From positions 352,001-416,000 of the forward strand of contig CAXXVS010000001.1 of NCBI GenBank assembly GCA_963674755.2: 64,000 nt of DNA, given 5' to 3'. Each line of letters begins with the position of its first letter. Positions within the stretch are counted from its first letter, which is position 1. A program made the translations under genes and the position numbers. Below, in pieces: positions 38,440 through 49,788 of the stretch. Under the pieces are notes generated by a model that saw only the letters and a program-made list of their open reading frames with translations, did not search any database and was not told the DNA's origin. Source of the stretch: Desulfobacterales bacterium (lineage in GTDB: Bacteria; Desulfobacterota; Desulfobacteria; Desulfobacterales; UBA5852).

Positions 38440-40089
38440 CTAATATTGAGCAAAGACAAAACCGCCCGGACCGGTATGATCCTCGTAGATCGGCGGCGGC
38501 AGATGCACTTTCCAAAGCTGGTATTTTTCATATGTGCCGACCAGGACGACCTTCCCCTTGTGGGCGTTCATGAGCGCCCTGAGTTGCTTCAGGCCCAACA
38601 CGCGCCGGCGCGCTTCAGGATAGCTTAGTCCGTAGGCCAATTCACCGCTCTGCGTTACAAAGATATTGTCGCGCTTGTAATACCAGCAGGCGGCCTTTAC
38701 GATATGGCTCAGTGATACCAATTGGGTGTCCGGCTGAACCCGGGAGGCATTCCGCAGCAATAATGCGCCCGGCGATTTGTGATCGATGATTTTATCCGGC
38801 AGGCTCAATTGGGCGGCCGCCAATAAAAAGGCCGTTCCGAGGCCGATCAGCAGCACCTTGTCCAGAAGTTGTTTTTTAACCAGCGATGTTATCAAAGCGC
38901 CGACGAGCACTATCAATATGGCCGCTAGCCATAACGTTTTCCACCACGTCTTGTTAGGGGCGAGGCCTCCGATGTCGGTCGCCTGGATGACGACGAGCCC
39001 CACGAGCAGGACCGTGAAAAGGCCTGCCAGGAGCACCTCGCCCGCCTGAAAAAGCTTGCGATGCGGTTTTTCGAAGTAGGAGGCCAGGCCTAAGGTCAGC
39101 AATATGGCAAACGGCGGGAAGCACGGCAGGATATAGGTGATCAGCTTGCCTCGCGCGGCGGAAAAGAAAAGCAGGGGGAAGACAAACCAGCAGAGGGCGT
39201 AACGGAAAAGCGTCGACCGCCGTTGTGAACGGTCCAGACCCACAAGCGCGGCCGGCAGCATAGGGCTCCAGGGAAGCGCTGCAACGGGGAAGGCCAGAAG
39301 GTAGGTCCAGAAAGGCGCCTGGTGCTGGGCATCCTCAGCCAGGAAGCGCCTGACATGCTCTTCCCAGAAAAAATAGTTCCAGAAATCGGGCTCTCTCGCA
39401 TGGATGGCGACGGCCCAGGGCAGGGATACGAGCAACGCGGCGGCAATGGGGATGGCGGCCATACGAAACAGGTCCTTCCAGCGTCCGGACCAGAGCATGT
39501 AGGGCACGATGGTCACCACCGGCACGGCGAAGGCCAGAAAACCCTTGGTCATAAACGCCATGCCGCAGAACATGCCGAACAGCGCCAGCAGGCCCTTTTC
39601 CTTGCGGGTTCCGGGGGGGGCCTGCGAAGCCCAATAAAAGGTCGCCATGGCCATGGTGATAAACATGGCCAGCATGCTGTCCAGCACGTTGAACACCCCG
39701 ATGCCCGCCACTTCGAAGGTGGTCAGGAAAATCAGGGCGGCCATGACGCCGCTGTTCGGGTTTCCGGCGGAACGCCGTATCAGCAACCACACCATCAAGG
39801 CGGCAAGCCCGGCCGCCATGGCGGACGGGAACCGGGCGGCGAACGGATTCTCACCAAAGGCAAGCATGGCGAGTGCATCGAGCCAGTACCCCATGACCGG
39901 CTTTTCAAAATAGCGCAGACCGTTCAAATGGGGGACGATCCAGTCGCCGGTGGCGATCATCTCGCGGGGAATTTCGGCATAACGCGTCTCATCCGGTATG
40001 ATCAGCGGACGGAATCCGAGGGGAATGATATAGATCAGCAGAAACCCCATCAATACCAGGGCGTGCAGGCGTCCGGAACGGGAAACCAT
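38440..40089 (-). CDS. arnT: Lipid A 4-amino-4-deoxy-L-arabinose transferase
   Basis: PDETRYAEIPREM, GLRYFEKP, FMTKGFLA, DAQHQAPFW, KGKLITYILPC-like motif. Confidence 0.93.
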   Translation of the reverse strand: MVSRSGRLHALVLMGFLLIYIIPLGFRPLIIPDETRYAEIPREMIATGDWIVPHLNGLRYFEKPVMGYWLDALAMLAFGENPFAARFPSAMAAGLAALMVWLLIRRSAGNPNSGVMAALIFLTTFEVAGIGVFNVLDSMLAMFITMAMATFYWASQAPPGTRKEKGLLALFGMFCGMAFMTKGFLAFAVPVVTIVPYMLWSGRWKDLFRMAAIPIAAALLVSLPWAVAIHAREPDFWNYFFWEEHVRRFLAEDAQHQAPFWTYLLAFPVAALPWSPMLPAALVGLDRSQRRSTLFRYALCWFVFPLLFFSAARGKLITYILPCFPPFAILLTLGLASYFEKPHRKLFQAGEVLLAGLFTVLLVGLVVIQATDIGGLAPNKTWWKTLWLAAILIVLVGALITSLVKKQLLDKVLLIGLGTAFLLAAAQLSLPDKIIDHKSPGALLLRNASRVQPDTQLVSLSHIVKAACWYYKRDNIFVTQSGELAYGLSYPEARRRVLGLKQLRALMNAHKGKVVLVGTYEKYQLWKVHLPPPIYEDHTGPGGFVFAQY

Positions 40090-40979
40090 TATGCCGGCAC
40101 CTCGTTTTGGCAGGCGACCCAGCCCTCCCGTCCGACGATTTCCGACCGTTCCAGATGCCCGGGGCCGATGGGTTCCGTTTCCAGAAAAGTGCACAGGGGG
40201 ACGCAGGCGATGCCGCGGGCCGTTGCGGCCTTGATGAAATCGGAAAACATGCCGTAGCAGACCCCCCCCTCCACTTCGGCATGGATGGTGAGCACGTTGA
40301 GCCGCTCCGGATGGATCAGGGAGAGCAGATGGGCATTGAAATTGTCATTGGAAACCCCCTGCCGGCCGATGATTTCGTCATACGTCGGAAGCGTCACAGG
40401 AACCTGGGGCTGCGGCAGGATGCGGCCGTTCACTTCGGGCGAAAACAGGCTCCGGCCGCGGCAATCGCTGTTGTAGACAAAGGGGAAGCGCGCTTTTTCC
40501 TCCAGGACGACGGGCGTACACTTCCAGCCGGCAACCGCCGAACAGGTGGGGGGATGGCCGGTAATGTCGGTGAGCCGTTCGTACCCCCGCTGGAGGGTCA
40601 TCCGGATGGCGCGGCGGTCCATGGTGTCGAGGCGGGCCTGCCAGGCCTGGTGGTCCCAGGCGTGCAGGCCGATCTCATGGCCGTCGTCCCGGGCCGAGCG
40701 GATCATGGCCGCCCCCTTGCGGCCGATGTCCGGTCCGGGCCAGAACGTGCCCCGCAGCAGGATGTCCCACCCGTAAAGGCTGGCCGCCCGTGTGCGCATC
40801 ATTTTTATCAGAAAGGCCGGGCGCAGCAGGCGCCAGATATGGCGCCCCATGTTGTCGGGGCCGACTGAGAAAAAGAAGCTCGCCTGGATGCCGTGGCGCC
40901 GGAACAACCGGCACAGCGCCGGCACCCCCTGTTGCGTGCCGGTCAACGTGTCCACATCCACCCGCAATCCGAGCATCAT
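40089..40979 (-). CDS. arnD: Undecaprenyl-P-L-Ara4FN deformylase
   Basis: GLRVDVDT, SVGPDNMGRH, GLHAWDH, TLPTYDE, TIHAEVEG. Confidence 0.95.
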   Translation of the reverse strand: MMLGLRVDVDTLTGTQQGVPALCRLFRRHGIQASFFFSVGPDNMGRHIWRLLRPAFLIKMMRTRAASLYGWDILLRGTFWPGPDIGRKGAAMIRSARDDGHEIGLHAWDHQAWQARLDTMDRRAIRMTLQRGYERLTDITGHPPTCSAVAGWKCTPVVLEEKARFPFVYNSDCRGRSLFSPEVNGRILPQPQVPVTLPTYDEIIGRQGVSNDNFNAHLLSLIHPERLNVLTIHAEVEGGVCYGMFSDFIKAATARGIACVPLCTFLETEPIGPGHLERSEIVGREGWVACQNEVPA

Positions 40980-41049
40980 GGCCGAGTTCCATCGCTATGC
41001 GGACCGGGGAGGGGGATACAATCCCGCCGGCCAAGGACATGTCGGCCCA

Positions 41050-43026
41050 TCATGCTGATCCCACGGCCTCCTTGAGGAAGAAATCCAGGGTCTCTTCCAC
41101 GGACTGCTCCAAAGGAATCACCGGCTCCCATTTCAGGCAGCGGCGCGCGTTTGTGATGCTGGGTTTCCGGTGCTGGACGTCCTCGTAGCCGGACCCGTAA
41201 TAGGCGCGGCTCTCCACCTTGCGGATGCCGGCCAGGGGCGGGAAATGGTCTCGCAGGGGATGCTGCTTGAATTTATCGATGAGCAACAGCGCCAGGGCTT
41301 CAATGGAGGCTTCATTTTCCGGGTTGCCGATGTTGAAAATCCGGCCGTTGCAGCGGTTGTCCTGGTTTTCGATGATCCGGAACAGGCATTCGACGCCGTC
41401 CTTGACATCGGTAAAGCAGCGTTGCTGCCGACCGCCGTCCACCAGTTTGATGGGGGTTCCCTCGGCCAGGTTGAGGATCAGCTGCGTGATGGCCCGGGAA
41501 CTGCCGATGCGGGCCGACTCCAGGCTGTCCAGGCGCGGTCCGATCCAGTTGAAAGGCCGGAACAGGGTGAACTGAAGGCCCTGGGTGGCGCCGTAGGCCC
41601 AGATGACCCGGTCCAGCAGCTGTTTGCTGCACGAATAGATCCAGCGCTGCTTACGGATCGGCCCCAGCACCAGCCGGGAATTGTCTTCGTCAAAGTGGTC
41701 GTCCCCACACATGCCGTAGACCTCGGACGTGGAGGGGAAAAGAATGCGTTTGCCGTACTTGGCGCAGTAGCGGACCACCCGCAGGTTCTCTTCGAAATCC
41801 AGTTCGAAAACCCGCAGGGGATTGCGCACATATTCGATGGGCGTGGCGATGGCCACCAGGGGCAGGACAATATCGCATTTGCGAACATGGTACTCGATCC
41901 ACTCCCGGTGAATGGAAATGTCCCCTTCCGAAAAATAAAAATCCGGATGATCCATGAGGCGTTCCAGGGATCCGGCGTTCAGATCCATGCCGTGGACCTC
42001 GTAGCGGCCGCTTTCCAGCAGACGTTCGCTCAGGTGGTTGCCGATGAACCCGTTCACCCCCAGGATCAGCACGCTTTTCTTGCGGGCCTTTTGAATCTGG
42101 ATATCCGGTGCGCTCCCGAAGCGCATCCCCTCCACCAGCCCCAGCTCTTCGGCCAGCTGCAGACCGCTTTGGGTGATGCCGCCGTCGCTTTGGCCCGACA
42201 GCACCTCCACGGCCCCTTCGCCGCAGGCGATCACAAAAGGCGCTACGGAAAGCACCGTGCCCGGGCGTCCGCGACCCCCTCGGGATTCGCGGACGGACCA
42301 CAACAGGCATTTGCGGCTGCCGATGTGGCTGAAGGCTCCGGGATAGGGGCGCGTCACGGCGCGTACCAGGTTTTTGACGGCGGCCGCGGGCTGTTCCCAG
42401 TCGATTTCCCCATCTTCGGGTCGGCGTCCCCCGAAATAGGAGGCCTGCTGTTTGTCCTGGGGTGTCCGGGGCGCTGTTCCGGCGATGATCTGCGGCAGGA
42501 GATCGTCCAGTAAGGCCGTCGCGGCGGCGGCTGCTTTGTGGTGCAGGTGCCGGGCCGTGTCGTCGTCTTCGATCGGGATCCGACGCTGGCCGACGATGTC
42601 GCCGTCATCGGGTTTGGGGGTCATGTAATGCAGGGTCACGCCGGTTTCGGCCTCGCCGTTGACGAGAACCCAGTTGATGGGGCATCGGCCCCGGTAGCGG
42701 GGCAGCAGGGAACCGTGCAGGTTCAGGCAGCCGGCGGGAGGGATGCTCAGAATCGGTGCCTTGACCATGTCCCGATAGTAAAAGGAGAACAGGATATCCG
42801 GCTCCAGGGAGCGGATTTTTTCCTCCCAGAGGGGATGGTTGATGTTGTCCGGCGCAAAGACCGGCAGACCCAAAGCCGAGGCCCGTTCCGCCACCGAGTC
42901 GAACCACTGGGATTCGTTCGGATCGTCGCGGTGGGTGAAAACCGCCGCAATTTCGATACCGCTCTTCAGCAGCGCTTCAATGCCCACGCAGCCGATGTTG
43001 TGATAGGCCAGTACAATCGCTTTCAT
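41050..43026 (-). CDS. arnA: Bifunctional UDP-GlcA decarboxylase / UDP-L-Ara4N formyltransferase
   Basis: [50 protein letters not shown]. Confidence 0.97.
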   Translation of the reverse strand: MKAIVLAYHNIGCVGIEALLKSGIEIAAVFTHRDDPNESQWFDSVAERASALGLPVFAPDNINHPLWEEKIRSLEPDILFSFYYRDMVKAPILSIPPAGCLNLHGSLLPRYRGRCPINWVLVNGEAETGVTLHYMTPKPDDGDIVGQRRIPIEDDDTARHLHHKAAAAATALLDDLLPQIIAGTAPRTPQDKQQASYFGGRRPEDGEIDWEQPAAAVKNLVRAVTRPYPGAFSHIGSRKCLLWSVRESRGGRGRPGTVLSVAPFVIACGEGAVEVLSGQSDGGITQSGLQLAEELGLVEGMRFGSAPDIQIQKARKKSVLILGVNGFIGNHLSERLLESGRYEVHGMDLNAGSLERLMDHPDFYFSEGDISIHREWIEYHVRKCDIVLPLVAIATPIEYVRNPLRVFELDFEENLRVVRYCAKYGKRILFPSTSEVYGMCGDDHFDEDNSRLVLGPIRKQRWIYSCSKQLLDRVIWAYGATQGLQFTLFRPFNWIGPRLDSLESARIGSSRAITQLILNLAEGTPIKLVDGGRQQRCFTDVKDGVECLFRIIENQDNRCNGRIFNIGNPENEASIEALALLLIDKFKQHPLRDHFPPLAGIRKVESRAYYGSGYEDVQHRKPSITNARRCLKWEPVIPLEQSVEETLDFFLKEAVGSA

Positions 43027-43987
43027 TGAGTTTCTCCTCGCACTGATTCCGGCAGATGACCCGTTGGACAAAATAGCGGGGCCGGGCCCGGACGTCGTGG
43101 TAGACGCGTCCCAGATATTCGCCCAGCAGTCCCATGCCCACGAACTGGGCGCCGATAAACATGAACAGGATGGCAAAAAGGGTAAAGACGCCCTCCGCCG
43201 CCCACTGGGCGCCGAACAGCAGGCGCATGAACAACAGAAAAAGGCCGAAGCCGATCCCCAGGGTCGAGACGACGGCGCCGGCCACGCTCAACAGCCGCAG
43301 GGGGAAAGTGGTCATGGAGGTGACCAGGTCGAACATGAGGGAGATCAGACGGGAAAAACTGTACTTGGAGTCCCCCCTTTGGCGGGCATCGTGCCCGACC
43401 TCGATCTCGGCCGTCTTGCGGGCAAAACTGTTGCCAAGCACCGGGATGAAGGTGCTGCGCTCGTGGCACATCAGCATGGCGCGCACGATGTGGCTGCGAT
43501 AGGCCCGCAGCATGCATCCGTAGTCGTGCATCTTCACGCCGGTGGCTTTCTGGACGGCGCGGTTGATCAGGGCCGAGGCGACCCTCCGAAACAGGGTGTC
43601 CTGCCGGTTGGCCCGCACGCTGCCCACGACATCGTACCCCTGATCCATGGTCCGGGCCAGCCGGGGAATTTCCTCCGGCGGGTTTTGCAGGTCGGCGTCC
43701 AGGGTGATGACGGTTTCTCCCCGCACCTGCTCGAAACCGGCCATGATGGCGGCGTGCTGCCCATAATTGCGATTGAGAAAAACCGCCACGATTTCTTCCG
43801 GGTGGGCGGCCGCGGCCTCCTCCAGCATGTCGGCCGAGCGGTCGCTGCTGCCGTCATCCACCAGGATGATCTCGAAGGGCCGCTGCGCTTCGCGGCAGGC
43901 CGTCAGGCACCGTCGGATCAGCTCCTCCAGGTTGGGTTCCTCGTTGAAGACGGGGATCACCACGGAGATCATATCGTTCGTTTTCAT
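42977..43987 (-). CDS. arnC: Undecaprenyl-phosphate L-Ara4FN transferase
   Basis: [47 protein letters not shown]. Confidence 0.95.
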   Translation of the reverse strand: MKTNDMISVVIPVFNEEPNLEELIRRCLTACREAQRPFEIILVDDGSSDRSADMLEEAAAAHPEEIVAVFLNRNYGQHAAIMAGFEQVRGETVITLDADLQNPPEEIPRLARTMDQGYDVVGSVRANRQDTLFRRVASALINRAVQKATGVKMHDYGCMLRAYRSHIVRAMLMCHERSTFIPVLGNSFARKTAEIEVGHDARQRGDSKYSFSRLISLMFDLVTSMTTFPLRLLSVAGAVVSTLGIGFGLFLLFMRLLFGAQWAAEGVFTLFAILFMFIGAQFVGMGLLGEYLGRVYHDVRARPRYFVQRVICRNQCEEKLNESDCTGLSQHRLRGH

Positions 43988-45135
43988 TGGGCCAGGACCT
44001 CTTTGATGGCGTCGACGACCCCGTCCACATCTTCCGGGGTCATGTCCGGGAACAGGGGCAATGAACAGATGCGTGCCGAGTTCCACTCGGTATGGGGGAG
44101 CGTGCCTTCGACCTCGGGAAAGGTCGTCCGGTAGTAGACCTGCAGGTGCGCGGCCCGGAAATGAATGCCGGTGCCGATATTGCGCGCTTTGAGGGCGGCC
44201 ATGAACCGGTCCCGGTCCATGCCGCGCCTTTGGGACGTTACCCGTACGATAAAGAGGTGCCAGGCATGCTTCATGGGGTAGTCCGGCAGGGCCAGGGGGC
44301 GGATTTCGTCCACGCTCCGCAGCTTTTCACGATAATATTCGGCCAGAAGGGCTCTTTGGGCGTTCATCTCCGCCACCCGGTCCAACTGGCGCAGGCCGAG
44401 TACGGCCAGGATGTCCGGCAGGTTGTACTTGAAGCCGGGCTCGATGACCTCGGCCTGGGGGGATCGGCCCTGGGTCCGGCGGTCGTAGGCATCCACCCCC
44501 AGGCCGTGAAACTTCAGGCGGCGAATGCGCGCGTCGAAATCCGGGTCTTCGGAACACACCATGCCCCCCTCGCCGGTGGTGATGTTTTTGATGGGGTGGA
44601 ATGAAAAAATCGAGGTTCCGGTCCGTCCCACAGGGACACCTTTGTATTCGGTGCCGACGGCGTGGGCGGCATCCTCGATCAGGGCCAGGCCGTGCCGGTC
44701 CGCCAAGCGGCGGATGGGGTCCATGTCCGCCGGGGCGCCGGCGAAGTGGACGGGAATGACCAGCCGGGTGCGCCCGCTGATCTTCTCCGCGATGCGATCG
44801 GCGCTGACCATTAGGGTGTCCCGGTCCACGTCGACGAACACCGGTTTCGCCCCGGCCAGAACGATCAGATTCACGGTGGATACCCAAGTCATGGAAGGCG
44901 TGATTACTTCATCGCCGGGGCCGATGCCCAGGGCCTGCAAAGCGATGTGCATCCCGGCGGTGGCCGATGAAACGCAGGTGGCCCCACGGCAGCCCGTGTA
45001 AGCGCGGAAGCGATCTTCCAGTTCGGCGTTTTGGGGGCCGGTAGTGATCCAGCCCGAGCGCAGCACATCCGCCACCGCGGCGATGTCGGCTTCCGTGATA
45101 GAGGGACGTGAAAAGGGGAGGAAATCCGTTCGCAT
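43984..45135 (-). CDS. arnB: UDP-4-amino-4-deoxy-L-arabinose aminotransferase
   Basis: [39 protein letters not shown]. Confidence 0.96.
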   Translation of the reverse strand: MRTDFLPFSRPSITEADIAAVADVLRSGWITTGPQNAELEDRFRAYTGCRGATCVSSATAGMHIALQALGIGPGDEVITPSMTWVSTVNLIVLAGAKPVFVDVDRDTLMVSADRIAEKISGRTRLVIPVHFAGAPADMDPIRRLADRHGLALIEDAAHAVGTEYKGVPVGRTGTSIFSFHPIKNITTGEGGMVCSEDPDFDARIRRLKFHGLGVDAYDRRTQGRSPQAEVIEPGFKYNLPDILAVLGLRQLDRVAEMNAQRALLAEYYREKLRSVDEIRPLALPDYPMKHAWHLFIVRVTSQRRGMDRDRFMAALKARNIGTGIHFRAAHLQVYYRTTFPEVEGTLPHTEWNSARICSLPLFPDMTPEDVDGVVDAIKEVLAQ

Positions 45136-45342
45136 GGTCGTTTTAACATCCTTACCTGAATGATTCGAATCTACCCTAATCCGAAACCCGGGCAAATCAA
45201 CGCTAGTGGCGATCTCATGGTTGCGGGGGCCCTGGAAATGCGGCTAGCGTTGTTTCACATTTCGGCGATGATTTGCAAGGGTTTCTGACGGTGAACCGGA
45301 AACGCGGCACGCCCGGTTCCCTGCGGCCGCTTTCGTATTTCC

Positions 45343-46038
45343 TCAAACCGCCACGACATACCAGTGCGGCGAGATGCCCCAGCGTACGGCGATTTTTCGT
45401 TGAACCCGGAAGCCGGTCGTCAGGAGTTCGCCATGAAAGACGGGGTAGGGAATAGGGATGCGATCCCGGGGCGTTCGTCCGCGCGCCTTGTTGACGAGCT
45501 TGCGGTAAGCCGCATCGAGGGCGAAGCTGTTGAAAAAGGATATGATGACGGGCCCGCGGCTGATGCGGCGCAATTCCTTGAGAGCCCTTAGGCGGGTGCT
45601 CGACTCCGTGAAGTGGTGGAACAGGCGGTTGCAGACGACGGCGTCGAATTGATTGTCGGCATAACCGGTCTGCATGACGTCCCGGACTTCGAAATCGACA
45701 TGCGGAAGATGCCCTTCCGTCGGCGATTGAGAGGCCGCAATGTTCGTGCGGGCGAGGCTCACCATGGCTTCGGAAACATCCGCCGCGGTGACGCGAAACC
45801 CCTGGTCCATCAGCAGCCGGGTCAGTCGGCCGGTGCCGCAGGGCAGATCCAGGACGCGGCTTCCGGGGGTGATCCCACGTAGCGCCTTTGTGATACAATT
45901 TTTTTCGCGGCGGTCGCGCCAATGGCGAGGGCGGAATTGGGCCGGATACTGCGAGGCGACCTGCGGTGCGGAAAAGCGTTTGATGGCCTGCTGGTAGGAA
46001 CTGCCCAGTGTGGAATCCTGTGTTGCCTTTTGTGCCAT
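45343..46038 (-). CDS. Class I SAM methyltransferase, paralog 3 (divergent)
   Basis: VLDLPCGTGRL, AADVSEAM, CNRLFHHF, LKELRRIS. Confidence 0.88.
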   Translation of the reverse strand: MAQKATQDSTLGSSYQQAIKRFSAPQVASQYPAQFRPRHWRDRREKNCITKALRGITPGSRVLDLPCGTGRLTRLLMDQGFRVTAADVSEAMVSLARTNIAASQSPTEGHLPHVDFEVRDVMQTGYADNQFDAVVCNRLFHHFTESSTRLRALKELRRISRGPVIISFFNSFALDAAYRKLVNKARGRTPRDRIPIPYPVFHGELLTTGFRVQRKIAVRWGISPHWYVVAV

Positions 46039-46857
46039 TATCCCTCGCTTGTGTTGTCGCGCCGCCCCTCGGTGTGGGCCGCGTGGGGTGAGTGGGGCGG
46101 ATTCCCCGTCTTGCCGGTGACAAGGCGCCCTGGCCTGTCATGATCCGTTGAGGATACGATCCCTGCAGGATGATCGGAACCGGACGGGAAAATGGTTTGG
46201 GGGGCGGATGGGACAGAGGCCTGTCCGTAGTTTGCCGGAAGGGGGCGCGGCGCCTTGCGGGGTCGCGTAAAGACATCCATCCGGTCGGGCTCGGAGCAGA
46301 CATAGAGGTCCCCGGCCGGCCTCACCGCCAAGCCCTCCGCACGGATGATTTCAGGCATGGAGCGGGAAAGGTTGAGGCTTCCCATTTCCTGCCCGTCCAG
46401 GCGGTAAGCTTTGATCTTGCGGGAGTTCCGGCTGAGAACCAGCACCCGGCGGGTGGCGCGATCGAAGTACAGGCCGGCGTAGCCGCCAAGTTTGAGCCAG
46501 GGCAGATTATGCAATGCAGGCCGTTCAACCGGCTTTTCCGTGCCGCTGGAAGAAATCGCATAAACGGCGCGCGAAAAACGGTTCAGGCTGCCGGGGCCTT
46601 TCGTGAAAAAGGTGAGTGGCATGGTCAAGGCATCATTTCCGGCTGTCGGTCGGCATCACGGGGGTCAGGGGGACGAACAGCGGAAGCCCGGAGTCCGCGT
46701 CCGCCGATAAACGGAACGATAGCGGTGGCAAAGATAAAGGTCGTGCCCCCCAAAGCATAAACGCCGGCAGCACCAGGCCGATCAGACCATAGCACTTGGC
46801 CGCCCGCTTGGTTTTGGAGGGATGCGGGCTCCCTTCATGACGGAATCGCTGGATCAT
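46038..46857 (-). pseudogene. Disrupted SdiA-regulated (YjiK-like) beta-propeller protein
   Basis: C-terminal GLYFD..LVLS..EGLAV..GDLYVCSEP in 46038..46628; TM-bearing N-terminal piece in separate ORF 46633..46857. Confidence 0.55.
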
Positions 46858-47207
46858 AAAGAGCGACGGGTTAACCTTTTATGGATGGACACCATTTACA
46901 AAAAAAAGCATCCTAATACGTATCAAGTTACAGGAAGATGATGGCAATATTACCAATTAATTATGTTCGCCGGATCCCGGGAGAAACATGCCACGTGAGG
47001 TCGGTCCAGGGTGCCAGGCGGGAGGGCGTAAGCATTGTGCGAGGCCATCATCCGCAGCCCGGGTCATGGCTGCCGGCGTCCATCCCTCTTTGCCATCGCG
47101 CCTGGCAGATTGCCGCCGGGTTATGCGGATGAATGCACAACTTATTTATTTCGCTTAAAATAAATGAAAGAATGCTGGAAATCAAGCCCTGACGGTCAAA
47201 TGATGCG

Positions 47208-48080
47208 TCATACGCGGTGCGTGTCCTTCAGCGGCCGCTCCCCGGCCGTCCTGCGGTCGGGTTGTTTGCGGCGCACTTTGCGTTGAATCAGCCACCCTAG
47301 CAAAGACCTCAGTCCCTTCATACGACAGGCGATGACATAATGGTCCAGAAAGGCTTCCCATTGCGTATCGGTCCAAGGGGCGTGGCGGAAAAATTGGTTC
47401 AGATCCCGCAGGGCGATGACGAGGCGTGACGGTCGGCGCCGGGTCTTTTCGACATCGATCAGGTAAGGCCTTAGCTGCTGTTCGGGAAGTGCTGCGGTCG
47501 GCTTGCCCCTCTGGTACCCGCTGATGAGGACATGCTTGCCGTACAAGGCGCAGTGTTGGAGGCGATGGCGGTGCAGCCGGCCGATGAGGCTTGCCGTGTC
47601 CTGGAGGACCTGGCGGACTTCGGATGCAGGGCGTTTGCCCGTCAGCTGCATATAATCCCCGAAGGCGATACTCTGGGGCACTTCCCGGGTGATCAGAATG
47701 GCCTGCAGCGCTTTACCGGTCTGGCGTTCTCCATAATAAAGGACCTCCGGTGCGGCGACGGCGGCGGCATGCATATCCTTGAGGCGCTTGTATTCACGAA
47801 AGGCGGTCGGCCGGAGGCACCAGGGGCTCAAAAGGCTTCGGTAGGCATGATTCTCCTGGCGTTTGAGGTAGACGACGACGGGCTCCCCGGCCGATCCGGT
47901 CAACGTCAGGCTGCATACGCCGCTCCAACCCTGGCGGCGAAAATTAGGTTCCTCGACCCAGGGCGCGTCCAGCGACCAGATCGTTTCAAAGCTGTCGAGT
48001 CCATTGTGTTGCAGCAGGCCGCCGCCGGCAGATGCTTCCAGCAGGGAGTGGCCTTTAGGCCGGCTTTTTTTGCAGGACAT
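47208..48080 (-). CDS. InaA-family lipopolysaccharide kinase
   Basis: WVEEPNFRRQGWSGV, YLKRQENH, PTAFRE, HCALYGKHV, IDVEK; overlaps methyltransferase 3' end. Confidence 0.9.
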   Translation of the reverse strand: MSCKKSRPKGHSLLEASAGGGLLQHNGLDSFETIWSLDAPWVEEPNFRRQGWSGVCSLTLTGSAGEPVVVYLKRQENHAYRSLLSPWCLRPTAFREYKRLKDMHAAAVAAPEVLYYGERQTGKALQAILITREVPQSIAFGDYMQLTGKRPASEVRQVLQDTASLIGRLHRHRLQHCALYGKHVLISGYQRGKPTAALPEQQLRPYLIDVEKTRRRPSRLVIALRDLNQFFRHAPWTDTQWEAFLDHYVIACRMKGLRSLLGWLIQRKVRRKQPDRRTAGERPLKDTHRV

Positions 48081-48712
48081 AGAGTCTCCACATGGCGTAG
48101 AATTTAAGGAAATCGAAGTGGGCGGCGATGGTGAAGCCGGCCTGCTCGAATTCGGATTCGATCTGGCGGCGGTCCAGAACGATGCGGTTTTGATAGGTCT
48201 TCCGGGTGCGGCGGGCTTCCAGCTTGCGCCGCCGCCAGGCTTTGTAGTTGCCGTCCACCCAGAGGGAGAGGGCCACGGTGTGGCGGGTGACCCGATGGAA
48301 TTCCCTTAAAATGGCCAGGCGGTCTTCCGAACGGGTGATGTGGTGCAGCAGGCGCATGCAGAACACGTGGTCCACGCGGTTGTCCTCCAGCTGAATATCG
48401 AAGGCGGAGCTCTGGAACAGGGTGATGCGTTCGAGCAGGGAAGGCGGGGTGACTTCCCGGGCGACGTCCAGCATGGCGTCACTGTTGTCGGCGGCCAGGA
48501 TGGTCTGTTGGGTGGCACGGCTCAGCAGGGGCCAGAAGCGTCCCGTACCGCAGGGCAGGTCCAGGATCACGGCGGGCTTTCCGGCCAGGGCCAGGGCCTG
48601 GGCGGCCATCTGCTGCTCGCGCCAGTTGGAAAGCCGGCGGCCTATGGTGCGGCGGTGCTTTTCGTGGTAGTCGCGCGAGTGCTTCAGGGTGTATTTGGCG
48701 GAAAATTCCAGC
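48041..48712. repeat. ~670 bp direct repeat, copy B
   Basis: Near-identical to 32240..32911. Confidence 0.95.
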
Positions 48713-48726
48713 TCTGGTTTGCCCAT
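48055..48726 (-). CDS. Class I SAM methyltransferase (Orf222-like), paralog 4
   Basis: 223 aa, almost identical to paralog 2. Confidence 0.9.
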   Translation of the reverse strand: MGKPELEFSAKYTLKHSRDYHEKHRRTIGRRLSNWREQQMAAQALALAGKPAVILDLPCGTGRFWPLLSRATQQTILAADNSDAMLDVAREVTPPSLLERITLFQSSAFDIQLEDNRVDHVFCMRLLHHITRSEDRLAILREFHRVTRHTVALSLWVDGNYKAWRRRKLEARRTRKTYQNRIVLDRRQIESEFEQAGFTIAAHFDFLKFYAMWRLYVLQKKPA

Positions 48727-49143
48727 GGGATTCCTCCGGACCGTTCAGCGGTCTATGGCAATCGGTATCAGCAATCCGTATCAATGGTTGCCAGGGATGC
48801 TGGCATGACGTCAGACGCCACCGCAATCCGATCATGGCGTGCGGCTCGGTTGCATACGGTCGAACCTCGAACCGGTACGCCCCGGGCGGCGCAAATAAAT
48901 GGTCACGACCAACCGGTGGTGTCAAGTTTGATTTTAGCCGGTGCAGTTCCGTCAACGGGGGCTGCAATCGATTCGCTGGCAAGCCTTTGGCGGATGGGGA
49001 CGGTCGGATAGCGCCGTCTGGCGCCCCTTACAGGCGATCCCTTCCATTTTGCCCGAGTCGGCTTGCCCTGGCGGTAAATCGACAGGCGTGCGGATCTATC
49101 TGGCGGATCTCTCTGATGGATTGACAAAAGCTGCCTGGGGGCA

Positions 49144-49776
49144 TCAGGCATCAGACACCAATGCGGGAAGTGAAGCGAGCGCATCCTGAAGCGCATTGCC
49201 CAGGGCCTCCAAATGGACGGCAAAGAAGTGATCCGCGCCGGGCACCACTTCCAAAACCGCAGCGGGATTCCAGATGGGGATCAGGCGTTGCAGCATTTCC
49301 GGCGGGGCAATATCATCCCGGCTGCCGGTGAGGACCAGGGCCAGCCCGGGCAGGTGCTCGATGCCGCGGAAGTCCATGAAGGCCGTGGGCGGGGATACCA
49401 TGGTCATCCGGATGGTGGGCAGGCTGCCCGCGGCAAAGTGGGCATTGACCCATGCGCCGAAGGAATAGCCGGAGAGCTCAATGGGCCCCAGGCCCTGTTT
49501 ATGGAGATAGGCGATCGCCTGGCGTACATCCTCCTGTTCCCCGCGGCCTTCGTCATAGCGCCCCTGGCTGCCTTCCACACCCCGGAAATTGAATCGCAGG
49601 GTGGTGTAGCCGCGCCGGCGAAAGCTTGCGGCGATGGTCTCCACCACCGGGCTGTGCATATTGCCGCCATAGAGGGAATGGGGGTGGGTGACCACTACCG
49701 CCCGCGGGGCGCCTTCATGCAGGCGGCCCTCCAGACGATAGCCGGATGAGGTAAAATGCACTTCGGTTTCCATCAT
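49144..49776 (-). CDS. Alpha/beta hydrolase
   Basis: HPHSLYGGNM, RFNFRGV, GYSFG, ADHFF. Confidence 0.92.
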   Translation of the reverse strand: MMETEVHFTSSGYRLEGRLHEGAPRAVVVTHPHSLYGGNMHSPVVETIAASFRRRGYTTLRFNFRGVEGSQGRYDEGRGEQEDVRQAIAYLHKQGLGPIELSGYSFGAWVNAHFAAGSLPTIRMTMVSPPTAFMDFRGIEHLPGLALVLTGSRDDIAPPEMLQRLIPIWNPAAVLEVVPGADHFFAVHLEALGNALQDALASLPALVSDA

Positions 49777-49788
49777 GCCTCGCAGGGG

